Notes under the pieces: generated by a model
What the model saw: only the letters and a program-made list of their open reading frames with translations
Database searches by the model: none
Told to the model about the DNA's origin: nothing
Assembly: GCA_903849835.1 (NCBI GenBank)
Contig: CAINKA010000081.1
Location: 1 to 34,683, forward strand
Reading direction: 5' to 3'
Source: an uncultured Alphaproteobacteria bacterium
Lineage (GTDB): Bacteria > Pseudomonadota > Alphaproteobacteria > Rickettsiales > UBA1997
DNA: 34,683 nucleotides
Shown: positions 24,501-34,683 of the stretch, piece after piece
Layout of the letters: the number at the start of each line of letters is the position of its first letter
How positions within the stretch are numbered: the first letter of the stretch is position 1
Made by a program: the position numbers and the translations under genes

Positions 24501-25686
24501 AAATAATCCAAAAATGGCGCGCGAAAATTTCTTACGAAAAACTGAAATCGAAAGTAATTACAGGAGTGGGGGGGGGAAATTTAATCCACTTAGCGCAATC
24601 AACGTGATCGATAAACGCTTCAATTTTTCAGGAGTAGGTAAAGGGAAATCATCGGAGATTGGGCAGAGATCTAGAGATGAATCAAAAAGGTCGGCTCTAA
24701 AACATCTTGCGAAGGATACAAAGCCAGATCTCTCTGGAGCAAGTGACAAGCAAAAAGCAAAAATAATGGCCAGAGAAGATAGGAAGGCAGCCTATTTGCA
24801 AAGGCAGATAAGGGTTGAAGCAACTAGGGATCTCAAAAAATCACTCGATGCAATTGACAAGACTGAAAAATTTACATTTGGTGGACGCAATGTCAGAATG
24901 ACTCCAGAAGATATCAAGGCTGATAGACAAAGGACCGTAGCAAAAACAGCAGCTGAATTTGTTAATGCCGTGAAGAATGGCGTGAAAGAAGGTGATCCAA
25001 CTCTTTTTGAAAGAGCGGCGAGACTTGATTACGTTTGTGAAAGGCTAGGAGCGAATTTGGATTCTATGAAGAGAGGGCTTCGTGAAGAAGGTTTGAAGGC
25101 GGAAGTTTATGGTAAGGCAGTTAAAGAAAGCTTCGTCGCAGTAATCGCGGAGGTCGCGCAGAAAGGTATTGCTGATAAAATTGCTAAAATTGAGGAAAAA
25201 TTGGATGAAAAACTAAAAGATCCCGCAACTACTCCAGAGCAAGCTGCGAAAGCGCGAGAAGATGCAAAAAAGGAAATGGCGGATCAAAATCTTGTGCCGC
25301 AGCAATCTGGTGCACTATTTGCCACTGATTTCAAAGTCGAATTTGGAGCTTCAGCAATGAAGGTTTTATTGACCGAAGGTCCTGATATTGGGCTAAAAGC
25401 GGGAAGCATATTGCTTGGTGGTCAAAATGCTAAAAAAAGCGTAGATTTGAAAATCAAAGATGCCTTGAGTGCAGGAAAACAACAGGCGGAAAGTTTAGCA
25501 AAAATTACCGGGTTGAACAAAAAATTAAAAGAACATGAACTCGCAGAATTAAAGAAAAAAGGTGCTCCAGAAGATGTGGCTAAAATTGCAATGCTCGAAA
25601 GTGAAGTTTCTCATTTGGAAAAAGATTTAAAAAGATTTGAGTCTGAGGTTGAAAGATCTGAGAAGGAAATTCTTGCTCAAGAATAA
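21586..25686 (+). CDS. Giant (1366-aa) lipoprotein with a Cys-rich N-terminal domain, central TrbL/VirB6-like polytopic membrane domain and ~700-aa Lys/Ala/Glu-rich C-terminal extension
   Basis: The lipobox is FLASC at residues 20-23. About 20 Cys fall in the first ~270 residues. Multi-TM core spans about residues 355-640 and includes ...SLGPVFICFVMFKNTQQMFKNWLAFLG..., resembling the GPxFI...F..T...F..W signature of TrbL/VirB6. The architecture recalls the expanded Rickettsiales RvhB6 proteins. Confidence 0.6.
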   Translation: MNLTKKITQIFSLIFLSLFLASCEVDGCVEADEYDTESSVVEANPVKDGVSGTYEHIAGGQTAQWHDTGLKSNNEAFIILISGAWSPWNGTGMSDSTLRVTPRCNFCAKKDGVPNCICYSGQIPEAETCPDGNKCATFTKPSGEVVPLNCSSHEHQNNPVSCTCTNNPEHGSALDASGVNHIPLNVLTKNRDVKIADQQSSCKYDRGMGAYIGLFGNNGSDVPMRAYHLLSFNKVCNVVTNSNGECLDANGKDISRYSFSSANGRNFVKDDSVSPIQYHGPNEVVKLIILDSYYSDNYGRYNLVFMRGVGTARDTGLLESMVTVVEESLLGKINTATGERDGGIIRFMYKSIVQDSVFIKVLQISLSLYIAVFGAATLFGVAEITKKEIYSRIVKIGLIIFFTSAGSWKMYNDIVVNFFIDGMNYAVAGIMDLSDSSTIDLKDNGETSVLKISQMNRDSALSSATRFSYVDLTIKKLLSENTAKKIFGLFFGNYYGIILIPMIYAMIGFYVYVMLFVASMYLVNLIKIIFTLSLGPVFICFVMFKNTQQMFKNWLAFLGSRSLEILFLFLILYNFLIIIDQHFTTLLSFRVCPQVYNLKLFSVKILKAESGRNFVDWIASSSIIAGLLFIMKLVVDKAQHVSGSLITIDGVENKDGDATGSGESKMSGGAMAQVMQLGRSIASEGFDYAARGGAVALQGATMAARKTAGAIGAAGAWNKAGEAVGFRGLRTRMRDNIIDAQIDKFSKEAKAQGMSPEKADQHIRQKTIAAIQNQGMLFGKANPEISSHAPGKLALAGVNLSSTLKRLDQKLIRDPMQEMIKQEAKKLRSSGKIPLTKSEMREKIGGNVQKEMEKRLTASGLDPGKAAFYMKKMDSSNISSYLRLGKGFGKGAVERQALEGSYESMGTSQAAKLFSKNPEEKNKYLDYLQAQEIKRHQATEDSKSSGWKVVRAASRLGNAISKGYHNVMRDVENNPKMARENFLRKTEIESNYRSGGGKFNPLSAINVIDKRFNFSGVGKGKSSEIGQRSRDESKRSALKHLAKDTKPDLSGASDKQKAKIMAREDRKAAYLQRQIRVEATRDLKKSLDAIDKTEKFTFGGRNVRMTPEDIKADRQRTVAKTAAEFVNAVKNGVKEGDPTLFERAARLDYVCERLGANLDSMKRGLREEGLKAEVYGKAVKESFVAVIAEVAQKGIADKIAKIEEKLDEKLKDPATTPEQAAKAREDAKKEMADQNLVPQQSGALFATDFKVEFGASAMKVLLTEGPDIGLKAGSILLGGQNAKKSVDLKIKDALSAGKQQAESLAKITGLNKKLKEHELAELKKKGAPEDVAKIAMLESEVSHLEKDLKRFESEVERSEKEILAQE

Positions 25687-25744
25687 TGAATAACATTGCT
25701 TCTAGTGAGCTTGACAAAGCGAGACTCGAACTTAGTTTTGATCG

Positions 25745-25774
25745 GCCTTCCTGCAAGTTTGGAAGGCATTTTTT
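25745..25774 (+). terminator. Rho-independent terminator after the VirB6-like gene
   Basis: Stem gccttcc (25745-25751), 9-nt loop, stem ggaaggc (25761-25767), then ATTTTTTA. Confidence 0.7.
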
Positions 25775-25776
25775 AT

Positions 25777-25854
25777 GGCAGGCGTAGCTCAGTTGGTTAG
25801 AGCATCAGATTGTGGTTCTGAGGGTCGCGGGTTCGATTCCCGTCGCTTGCCCCA
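25777..25854 (+). tRNA. tRNA-His (anticodon GTG) with encoded G-1 and CCA
   Basis: Hand fold: G(-1)-GCAGGCG-TA-GCTC-AGTTGGTTA-GAGC-A-TCAGA-TTGTGGT-TCTGA-GGGTC-GCGGG-TTCGATT-CCCGT-CGCTTGC-C-CCA. Confidence 0.9.
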
Positions 25855-25857
25855 AAA

Positions 25858-25942
25858 TTAGTCGCAAGTCGTCAGTCGTCAGTCATAAGTCACTCCGAAT
25901 TCGGGATTGACTTACGACTTACGACTGACGACTTACGACTAA
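25858..25942. repeat. Inverted arrays of a 7-bp tandem repeat (GTCGTCA-like x4-5 / TGACGAC-like) around a palindromic loop
   Basis: Left arm is ttagtcgcaagtcgtcagtcgtcagtcataagtca (25858-25892). The loop contains ccgaattcgg. Right arm is tgacttacgacttacgactgacgacttacgactaa (25908-25942). There are three mismatches across 35 bp. Confidence 0.85.
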
Positions 25943-25966
25943 AAATTTTCACAGAAAATTTTTCTC

Positions 25967-26653
25967 ATGGATATCATCTTCTTCGCCGCAATCGCATTTT
26001 ACATTTTCTTCCGGCTCAGCAAACAGCTTGGAAAAATCGATGATGAGGAAAAAAATCAGATCAAAATTAAAATCGTAAAAAAACGCGAAGAACTTTCGGA
26101 AATTCAAAAACAAATTTTATCGCAGCAGCAAAAAATAGTCGGCGCCAGCTCAACTGATGAAGCAAAAAATAAAGCAGAAGAAAAATTATTTTCATCACTC
26201 GACGAAGTCGGAAAACAAAACCTCTCCAGCATTTTACAATCCTGCAAAATCAGCGCAGAATTTTTTGTAAATGGCGCAAAATCATCTTTTGAAATGATCC
26301 TCAAAGCCTTTTCTGGCGCTGATCTAGCAACTTTAAAATTTTTACTCTCAGAAAAAATTTATCAGGGTTTTGAGACTGCGGTTAATAACAGAAAATCTCT
26401 CGAACAAACTCTGGTCACAAATTTAATTTCAATTGAAAAAGCTGAAATAATTTCCGCTTTGATTCACGAAAATATCGCGTCAATCGCGGTGAAATTTGTT
26501 TCAAAACAAATCAACTACATCACCAACAAAGACGCTCAGATAGTCGAAGGTAGAAAAGATGAAATTAGCGAAATAGCAGATGTGTGGACATTCAAAAAAA
26601 ATCTTTCGTCCTCTGACCCAAACTGGTTAGTTCACGCAACCTCAAATGCTTAA
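25967..26653 (+). CDS. Tim44-like domain protein (N-terminal TM anchor)
   Basis: 228 aa. Hydrophobic N-terminus MDIIFFAAIAFYIFF, a charged linker, and a C-terminal ~150-aa domain ending ...DVWTFKKNLSSSDPNWLV, typical of alphaproteobacterial Tim44 homologues. Confidence 0.7.
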   Translation: MDIIFFAAIAFYIFFRLSKQLGKIDDEEKNQIKIKIVKKREELSEIQKQILSQQQKIVGASSTDEAKNKAEEKLFSSLDEVGKQNLSSILQSCKISAEFFVNGAKSSFEMILKAFSGADLATLKFLLSEKIYQGFETAVNNRKSLEQTLVTNLISIEKAEIISALIHENIASIAVKFVSKQINYITNKDAQIVEGRKDEISEIADVWTFKKNLSSSDPNWLVHATSNA

Positions 26654-26656
26654 ATC

Positions 26657-29302
26657 ATGACTGACTTCATCGGTAAATCTTCGCTAAAAATTGGCAAAAA
26701 AAATTATGAATTTTTTTCACTGCCAGATGTGGCGAAGAAGGTGGGGCGGGATATTTCAAAATTACCATTCAGTTTAAAAATTCTTCTCGAAAATTTAGTC
26801 AGAAATTTTGATGGCGATGTGGTGTCAGAAGTTCATATTTTAGCAGTCATTGATTCAGTAAAAGATTCAAAAAAAAGAATTGAAATCGCTTTTTCTCCAG
26901 CTCGAGTATTGATGCAAGATTTCACCGGAGTGCCTGCTGTTGTTGATTTAGCGGCGATGCGTGATGCCGTAAAAAAAACCGGCGGAGATTCCAAGAAAAT
27001 TAATCCGCTAGTTCCAGTTGACCTCGTAATCGATCACTCAGTGCAAGTTGATTTCTACGGATCGAAATCCGCTTTCCAAAAAAATACCGATCTAGAATTC
27101 GAAAGAAATTTTGAGCGTTACGAATTTTTAAAATGGGCACAAAAATCTTTTGATAATTTTCGTGCAGTGCCACCGGGAACGGGAATTTGCCATCAAGTAA
27201 ATTTAGAAAATTTAGCGCGAGTTGTTTGGAATAAAGGCGATCTCGTTTATTTCGACACCGTTGTCGGAACCGACAGTCACACCACGATGATCAACGGTCT
27301 TTCAGTTTTGGGTTGGGGAGTTGGTGGAATCGAAGCTGAAGCGGCAATGCTCGGACAGCCGATTTCAATGCTAATTCCGGAAGTGATCGGATTTAAATTG
27401 ATCGGAAAAATGCAGGAAGGAATTACCGCGACCGATCTGGTTCTAACCATCACGCAAATTTTGCGCAAAAAAGGCGTGGTCGGAAAATTCGTCGAATTTT
27501 TTGGTCCAGCGCTTCCATCTCTTTCGCTCGCAGATCGCGCAACCATTGCCAACATGGCTCCGGAATATGGTGCAACTTGCGGAATTTTTCCGATCGATCA
27601 AACAACTTTGGATTATTTACACCTCACTGCGCGCGAAGAAGAAACAGTCAAATTGGTCGAAGCTTATTCCAAAGCTCAGGAAATGTTTTTGCAAAATCAC
27701 GATGTTGAACCTGAATTTGGAGATGTGCTCGAGCTTGATATTTCAACCATCGTGCCAAGTTTGGCTGGTCCAAAAAGACCGCAAGATCGCGTTGTTTTAG
27801 GCGATGTAAATGCATCATTCGAAGGCTTGCAAAAAGAGCTAAATTCCGTTCATCAAGGAAAATATTTGATTCCAGAATTAAACACAGATTTGGGCGACGG
27901 AGATGTCGTAATCGCCGCGATCACTTCCTGCACCAACACTTCTAACCCGTCGGTTCTAATCGCCGCAGGCTTGCTTGCAAAAAAAGCGGTGGAGCATGGT
28001 TTGAAAGTTAATGGTCACGTCAAAACTTCGATTGCTCCGGGATCGCAAGTTGTCAGCGAATATTTGGCCAATTCCGGATTGCAAAAACATCTCGATGCTC
28101 TTGGTTTCAACATTGTCGGGTATGGTTGCACAACCTGCATCGGAAATTCTGGCCCACTTCATCCGCAAATCGAAGAAACCATCAAATCAAAAAATCTTGT
28201 GGTTGGTTCTGTAATCTCTGGAAACCGCAATTTTGAAGGGCGCGTGCATCCTTTGGTGAAGGCAAATTATCTTGCTTCTCCGCCACTTGTTGTTGCTTAC
28301 GCATTGGCTGGAACCTTGAAGATCAACCTCGCAACCGATCCAATCGCGACAGATATTTCCGGCAAAAAGATTTTCTTGAAAGATCTTTGGCCAACAAAAT
28401 CAGAAATTGACGCCGTGATTAGCGCTCACATTACGCGCGAAGTTTTTGCAAAAAAATATTCCGATTTATTCAGCGGTGACGCGGCTTGGCAAAAAATCCA
28501 AGTCGAAAAATCTGACACTTACACTTGGAATCCAAACAGCACCTACATTCGCTTGCCGAACTTTTTTGACGATCTGAATCGTGCCAATGCCGTTGAAGTA
28601 AAAGACGCTAGAATCTTGGCGCTGTTCGGTGATTCAATCACGACAGATCACATTTCTCCCGCAGGAAATATTTCTGCAACTTCGCCTGCAGCGATTTATT
28701 TAAACGGCAAAGGAGTTGAGAAAAAAGATTTTAATTCTTACGGCGCAAGGCGCGGAAATCATGAGGCGATGATGCGCGGAACATTCGCAAATATTCGCAT
28801 CAAAAACGAAATGTTAGGCGGAGCAAAAGAAGGCGGATTCACAAAAAATGATAAAGGCGAAGTGGTTTCGATTTACGATGCCGCGATGTCCTTCAAGGAA
28901 AAAAATATTTCTTTGGTGATTTTTTCAGGAAAAGAATATGGCACCGGATCTTCTCGCGACTGGGCTGCAAAGGGCACATTTTTACTCGGAGTAAAAGCGG
29001 TTGTGGCCGAAAGTTTCGAAAGAATTCATCGTTCAAATTTAATCGGAATGGGAGTTTTACCTTTAATTTTTAAAGCGGGTCAAAGCCGCAAAACACTTGG
29101 TCTGACGGGAGACGAAAAAGTTGATATTTTAGGAATCACTCCTAGCATCAAACCGAAACAAGACATCACATGCATCATAACGAAACTCGATGGCTCTAGG
29201 CAAGAAGTCACTTTAACCTGCGGCATCGATACCAGCAACGAAGTTGAATATTTCAAGCAAGGCGGAATTTTGCAATTCGTGATGAACCAAATTTCAAACT
29301 AA
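26657..29302 (+). CDS. acnA: Aconitate hydratase A
   Basis: 881 aa. Fe-S ligand motifs [10 protein letters not shown] and [10 protein letters not shown]. The GTDSHT motif and the C-terminal swivel domain are present. Confidence 0.95.
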   Translation: MTDFIGKSSLKIGKKNYEFFSLPDVAKKVGRDISKLPFSLKILLENLVRNFDGDVVSEVHILAVIDSVKDSKKRIEIAFSPARVLMQDFTGVPAVVDLAAMRDAVKKTGGDSKKINPLVPVDLVIDHSVQVDFYGSKSAFQKNTDLEFERNFERYEFLKWAQKSFDNFRAVPPGTGICHQVNLENLARVVWNKGDLVYFDTVVGTDSHTTMINGLSVLGWGVGGIEAEAAMLGQPISMLIPEVIGFKLIGKMQEGITATDLVLTITQILRKKGVVGKFVEFFGPALPSLSLADRATIANMAPEYGATCGIFPIDQTTLDYLHLTAREEETVKLVEAYSKAQEMFLQNHDVEPEFGDVLELDISTIVPSLAGPKRPQDRVVLGDVNASFEGLQKELNSVHQGKYLIPELNTDLGDGDVVIAAITSCTNTSNPSVLIAAGLLAKKAVEHGLKVNGHVKTSIAPGSQVVSEYLANSGLQKHLDALGFNIVGYGCTTCIGNSGPLHPQIEETIKSKNLVVGSVISGNRNFEGRVHPLVKANYLASPPLVVAYALAGTLKINLATDPIATDISGKKIFLKDLWPTKSEIDAVISAHITREVFAKKYSDLFSGDAAWQKIQVEKSDTYTWNPNSTYIRLPNFFDDLNRANAVEVKDARILALFGDSITTDHISPAGNISATSPAAIYLNGKGVEKKDFNSYGARRGNHEAMMRGTFANIRIKNEMLGGAKEGGFTKNDKGEVVSIYDAAMSFKEKNISLVIFSGKEYGTGSSRDWAAKGTFLLGVKAVVAESFERIHRSNLIGMGVLPLIFKAGQSRKTLGLTGDEKVDILGITPSIKPKQDITCIITKLDGSRQEVTLTCGIDTSNEVEYFKQGGILQFVMNQISN

Positions 29303-29315
29303 TTTTTTAAAAAAT

Positions 29316-29933
29316 ATGCAAGTACGCGTAATTGGCTCGAACATGGATATTGGCCAGTCCTTGACATCTTACGTTGAAGAAAATTTATCGAAATCAGTAA
29401 AAAAATATTTCGAAAAAGCAGTGAATGCTGAAGCTCATTTCGTGAAAGACGGAAATTTATTTCGTGTTGTTTTAACGGTGAATGAAGGCGTGAAAGGCGG
29501 CATCGTTGTGAAGTCTGACGCTGAAGCAGGAGACGTCTATGGTTGTTTTAACGAGGCATCAGAAAAAGCCGTTAAGCAACTTCGTCGCTACAAAAATAAA
29601 ATTAAAAATTATCGCAGACATGGCGGCGGATTAAAATCCGTCGAACCAAATTACAAAGCTTTGGACGCAATGAAATACGTGCTTCCACCAGTTGCTTACA
29701 ATGTTTTCGAAGAAATGGAAAATGAGGAAGTCGATGAAAAACTTGACGAATCTTTGAAAGTCATCACTGAAAAAACTACTGAAGTTGAAGAGCTTTCCGT
29801 GAGTGAAGCGGTAATGAAAATGGATCTAGCAAATCTTCCAGCGCTTGTTTTTACCAACAAACAGAACAAAAGATTGAACGTGATTTATTACCGCAAAGAC
29901 GGGAATATTTCTTGGATCGATCCTAGAGTTTAG
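29316..29933 (+). CDS. hpf: Ribosome hibernation promoting factor (long HPF / sigma-54 modulation protein family)
   Basis: 205 aa. The N-terminal RaiA/HPF fold sequence is MQVRVIGSNMDIGQSLTSYVEENL.... The C-terminal dimerisation-type domain is ...LPALVFTNKQNKRLNVIYYRKDGNISWIDP. Confidence 0.85.
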   Translation: MQVRVIGSNMDIGQSLTSYVEENLSKSVKKYFEKAVNAEAHFVKDGNLFRVVLTVNEGVKGGIVVKSDAEAGDVYGCFNEASEKAVKQLRRYKNKIKNYRRHGGGLKSVEPNYKALDAMKYVLPPVAYNVFEEMENEEVDEKLDESLKVITEKTTEVEELSVSEAVMKMDLANLPALVFTNKQNKRLNVIYYRKDGNISWIDPRV

Positions 29934-29964
29934 CTTGTAGGGGAGATCCTTGTGGTCGCCCGTC
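29934..29964. repeat. Half unit of the GC-rich palindromic element (inverted orientation)
   Basis: cttgtaggggagatccttgtggtcgcccgtc is the reverse complement of the gggcgaccacaagg..cccctacaag unit. It starts immediately after the hpf stop codon. Confidence 0.75.
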
Positions 29965-30002
29965 AGCAATAATTTTTTTACCACAAAGGAGGTAAATCGA
30001 AA

Positions 30003-30197
30003 ATGGATGTCACCGTTCACGGAAGAGGCAATCTAGAAATGGCTATTCGCGCTTTCAGAAAAAAAACTCAAAAAGAGGGTTTGGTCAAAGAAGCAAGAAG
30101 AAGAAAAGCCCATGAAAAACCTTCTGAAAAAGTAAAAAGAAGAAGGGAAGAAAGCATCGCCAGAAAGAAAAAAGCCAGAAGAGGAGAATTCTTCTAG
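30003..30197 (+). CDS. rpsU: 30S ribosomal protein S21
   Basis: 64 aa, strongly basic, with motif ...AIRAFRKKTQKEGLVKEARRRKAHEKPSEKVKRRREE.... An AAGGAGG SD lies about 10 nt upstream. Confidence 0.85.
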   Translation: MDVTVHGRGNLEMAIRAFRKKTQKEGLVKEARRRKAHEKPSEKVKRRREESIARKKKARRGEFF

Positions 30198-30222
30198 CCA
30201 GTTTGCGCATTTTATCTGCGCA

Positions 30223-30299
30223 TTGTAGGGGCGGACCCACGCGTCCGCCCGCTGCAACCTAACAAAACATTGCATGGGCGACCCATATGTCCGCCCGCC
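30223..30299. repeat. Two GC-rich palindromic units (gggcggac...gtccgccc type)
   Basis: 30223-30252 is ttgtaggggcggacccacgcgtccgcccgc. 30276-30299 is gggcgacccatatgtccgcccgcc. Both resemble the unit at 5973-6008. Confidence 0.8.
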
Positions 30300-30314
30300 A
30301 CAAAGCAACAAAAC

Positions 30315-32318
30315 ATGAAGAAACTCAGCCACAAAGACAAATCCCTCCTCCTCCTAATCAGCGCATCTCTCATAATTTTCTGGAGTATCTACTCATTTTT
30401 TTCCTACGTTTTTTTTAACACAACTTACCGCATTTCTGACGTAAATAAAATCATCACCGAAGAAAATAATCAGTGGCTCAACTTGTCGCGACCGCTAGAA
30501 GCATCTGATCTCAAAGGCCGCATCATTCTGCTAGATTTTTGGACTTACGCTTGCGTCAACTGCATTCAAGCCTTGCCCGAAATAAAAAAAATGGAGCAAC
30601 AATTTGGCAGCAAGCTCACTGTAATCGGCGTTCACTCGGGAAAATTCGACAATGAAAAAGATCCGCGCGCAATTAAAAAAGCGGTGTTGAAGCACGACAT
30701 CACTCATCCCGTCATCAATGACTCGCAGTTAAAAATTTGGAATAATTTTGAAATAAAAGCTTGGCCAAGTTTCGTTCTAATAAATCCGCGCGGCAATGTT
30801 GAAAAAATTTATTCCGGCGAAAATGAACTTTTGAGAGTTAAAAAAGACATCAAAAAATTAATCAAAAAATACAAATATCAAATCAATCGCGATGCTTTGC
30901 CAATAAGGCTTGAGAAGCATGACATAATCGGAAATGTTTTAAGTTTTCCAACCAAGCTGGAATATGCGCATAATTTTTCCTACAAGTCGCGTCACATCCC
31001 AGCAATTTTTATTTCCAACAGCGGTCAACACAACATCATCGCGACTTCATTGATGGGAGACGTCATTTTAAAAATCGGTTCCGGAAAAGAAGGTTTTGAA
31101 GATGGAAGTTTCGATGCCGCCTCATTCAGCTCGCCGCAAGGTTTGCTCTATTTTGCAGAAAAACTTTACGTCGCAGACAAGGGCAATCACGCATTGCGCG
31201 TAATCGATTTTAAAGAAGGCAAAGTCACAACTCTGATTGGCTCTGGCCAAAGAGGTGAGGTGGTCGAAAATAACGGCGAATTTTCCGAAGCGAAAGATCT
31301 CGAACTCGCATCTCCAACCGACATCGAATTTTTTCCAAACAAAGAAACCATTGCCATTGCTAATTCGGGCACGCATCAAATTTTATCCTACAATCTCAAA
31401 AGCCAAAAAATTTCTATTCTAGCGGGCAATGGTTCGGAAGGAATTAACGATGGAAAATATCCAGAAAATTCCTTGGCGCAAACCGAAGACATGTCTGCTT
31501 ACGGACATAAACTTTATTTCATCGATTCCGAAAGTTCTTCGCTGCGATCTCTCGATGAAAATGGAAATGTAAAAACATTAATCGGAAAAGATTTGTTTAA
31601 ATTCGGTCACGAAAATGGTGGAAGAGACAAGGCTTTAATGCAACACCCGCTTGGTCTCATCGTTGACGATACCGGAGCTTACATTTCCGACAGCTTCAAT
31701 CACACAATCCGAAAATATGATTTTTCTTCCGGACAAATTCGTGATTTAATTGGCGCAAAAAAAAGAGGCGATGGAGTTGGATCCGCAAGTGCAACAGAGT
31801 TTGACGAGCCGGATGGAATCGTTGCGGTGCTCGATCGTTTTTACGTCGCAGATTCCAACAATAATCGCATTCTTACAATTGGTCGCGGAAGTTTAAATTC
31901 CGAATTGCTAGACGTCATGCCGCCGCTCAAATTGCCGAAGGAAGGCTTCTTGGAATATTTGCCAAACCTACAAAAAGTTGCGCCGATAAAAGTGAAATCC
32001 GATTCCGAAATTCTGGTTAAAATCGATGTAAAAAAAGGTTGGAAGATCAACGAAATGGGTCCGAGTTTCATCAATCTTTTATCGATGGAAAAAGATCGTG
32101 AAGCGGTGATGATCGAAAGTTTTGATTGGCAATCAGTGAAGAAAAAAGAAATGAAATTTCCTAAACTAAAATCAGGAAAAAATTATTTGCTCCAAGGCAC
32201 AATTTATTACTGCGAAGACAAAAAAAATTCTCTCTGTTACATCAAAAGTTACGAACAGGAAATTATCGCAGATGATGATGAGAAGGGCGTGGAGATTGGG
32301 ATTGAGTTGGGTTCTTAA
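30315..32318 (+). CDS. Thioredoxin-fold (CxxC) plus NHL-repeat beta-propeller protein with N-terminal TM anchor
   Basis: The start was moved to ATG 30315, because the tracked start at 30270 lies in repeat DNA. LLDFWTYACVNCIQALPE is a TlpA/thioredoxin-like CxxC motif. There are at least 4 NHL-like repeats (LYVADKGNHALRVID, IANSGTHQILSYN, AYISDSFNHTIRKYD, FYVADSNNNRILTI). Confidence 0.75.
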   Translation: MKKLSHKDKSLLLLISASLIIFWSIYSFFSYVFFNTTYRISDVNKIITEENNQWLNLSRPLEASDLKGRIILLDFWTYACVNCIQALPEIKKMEQQFGSKLTVIGVHSGKFDNEKDPRAIKKAVLKHDITHPVINDSQLKIWNNFEIKAWPSFVLINPRGNVEKIYSGENELLRVKKDIKKLIKKYKYQINRDALPIRLEKHDIIGNVLSFPTKLEYAHNFSYKSRHIPAIFISNSGQHNIIATSLMGDVILKIGSGKEGFEDGSFDAASFSSPQGLLYFAEKLYVADKGNHALRVIDFKEGKVTTLIGSGQRGEVVENNGEFSEAKDLELASPTDIEFFPNKETIAIANSGTHQILSYNLKSQKISILAGNGSEGINDGKYPENSLAQTEDMSAYGHKLYFIDSESSSLRSLDENGNVKTLIGKDLFKFGHENGGRDKALMQHPLGLIVDDTGAYISDSFNHTIRKYDFSSGQIRDLIGAKKRGDGVGSASATEFDEPDGIVAVLDRFYVADSNNNRILTIGRGSLNSELLDVMPPLKLPKEGFLEYLPNLQKVAPIKVKSDSEILVKIDVKKGWKINEMGPSFINLLSMEKDREAVMIESFDWQSVKKKEMKFPKLKSGKNYLLQGTIYYCEDKKNSLCYIKSYEQEIIADDDEKGVEIGIELGS

Positions 32319-32348
32319 AATTTAATTATCGCAGTCTATCGCGTCACG

Positions 32349-32423
32349 GATGTCATGCTGAGCCGTCGAAGCATGATTCAAACCATGTCCAAAATCATGC
32401 TTCGACAGGCTCAGCATGACATT
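32349..32423. repeat. Hairpin formed by two inverted copies of the GTCATGCTGAGCCTGTCGAAGCATGATTC core
   Basis: The left copy at 32351-32378 has a 1-nt deletion (gagccgtcg). The right copy at 32393-32421 is inverted. Sits between the Trx-NHL gene and gyrB and may act as a terminator. Confidence 0.85.
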
Positions 32424-32490
32424 TAAATAATTCTTCAAGAATTTTTGGTGCGACATCAAATTTTTTTGTGCCGTTGTAAAAAATCAGTAA

Positions 32491-34683
<2,193 letters not shown>

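Noticed and set aside
25686-25790. 34-aa ORF whose ATG overlaps the stop of the VirB6-like gene (taATGa).
   Set aside because: It reads through the terminator hairpin and into tRNA-His, which is implausible for a coding sequence.

Overview
AT-rich bacterial chromosomal segment. The gene content (thyX, tatA, exoD-like, rho, proB, rfbB, aroK-aroB, BI-1/YccA, Tim44-like protein, acnA, long hpf, rpsU, gyrB, a giant VirB6/TrbL-like protein) suggests an alphaproteobacterium, probably an intracellular Rickettsiales/Holosporales-like lineage; this placement is inference. Three things interrupt the housekeeping backbone. (1) A ~7.2 kb integrase/AlpA/DUF3987 island sits in the 3' end of tRNA-Asn(GTT). 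It has a 17-bp direct repeat, end-specific TATACCCC motifs, and an uncharacterised two-gene cargo (RDD membrane protein plus a 96-aa ORF), which is my best candidate for an undescribed system. (2) Two families of short palindromic repeats are scattered through the host DNA but were not seen in the island. One is a GC-rich ~56-bp element (TTGTAGGGG...CCCCTACAA) that is read through in frame inside a methyltransferase gene and supplies stop codons or tails to neighbouring genes. The other has an AT-richer 'GTCATGCTGAGCCTGTCGAAGCATGATTC' core, including a 235-bp MITE-like nested palindrome. (3) Two unusual hairpins are built from inverted arrays of 7-8-bp tandem repeats. Other notable items are a 724-aa protein made of ~56-aa tandem repeats, an orphan 1366-aa VirB6/TrbL-like lipoprotein between tRNA-Leu and tRNA-His, and a Rho with a ~100-aa Q/N/S-rich N-terminal extension. 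Three tRNAs were folded by hand. No rRNA or CRISPR array was seen. All family assignments come from motif recognition in the translations, not from database searches.
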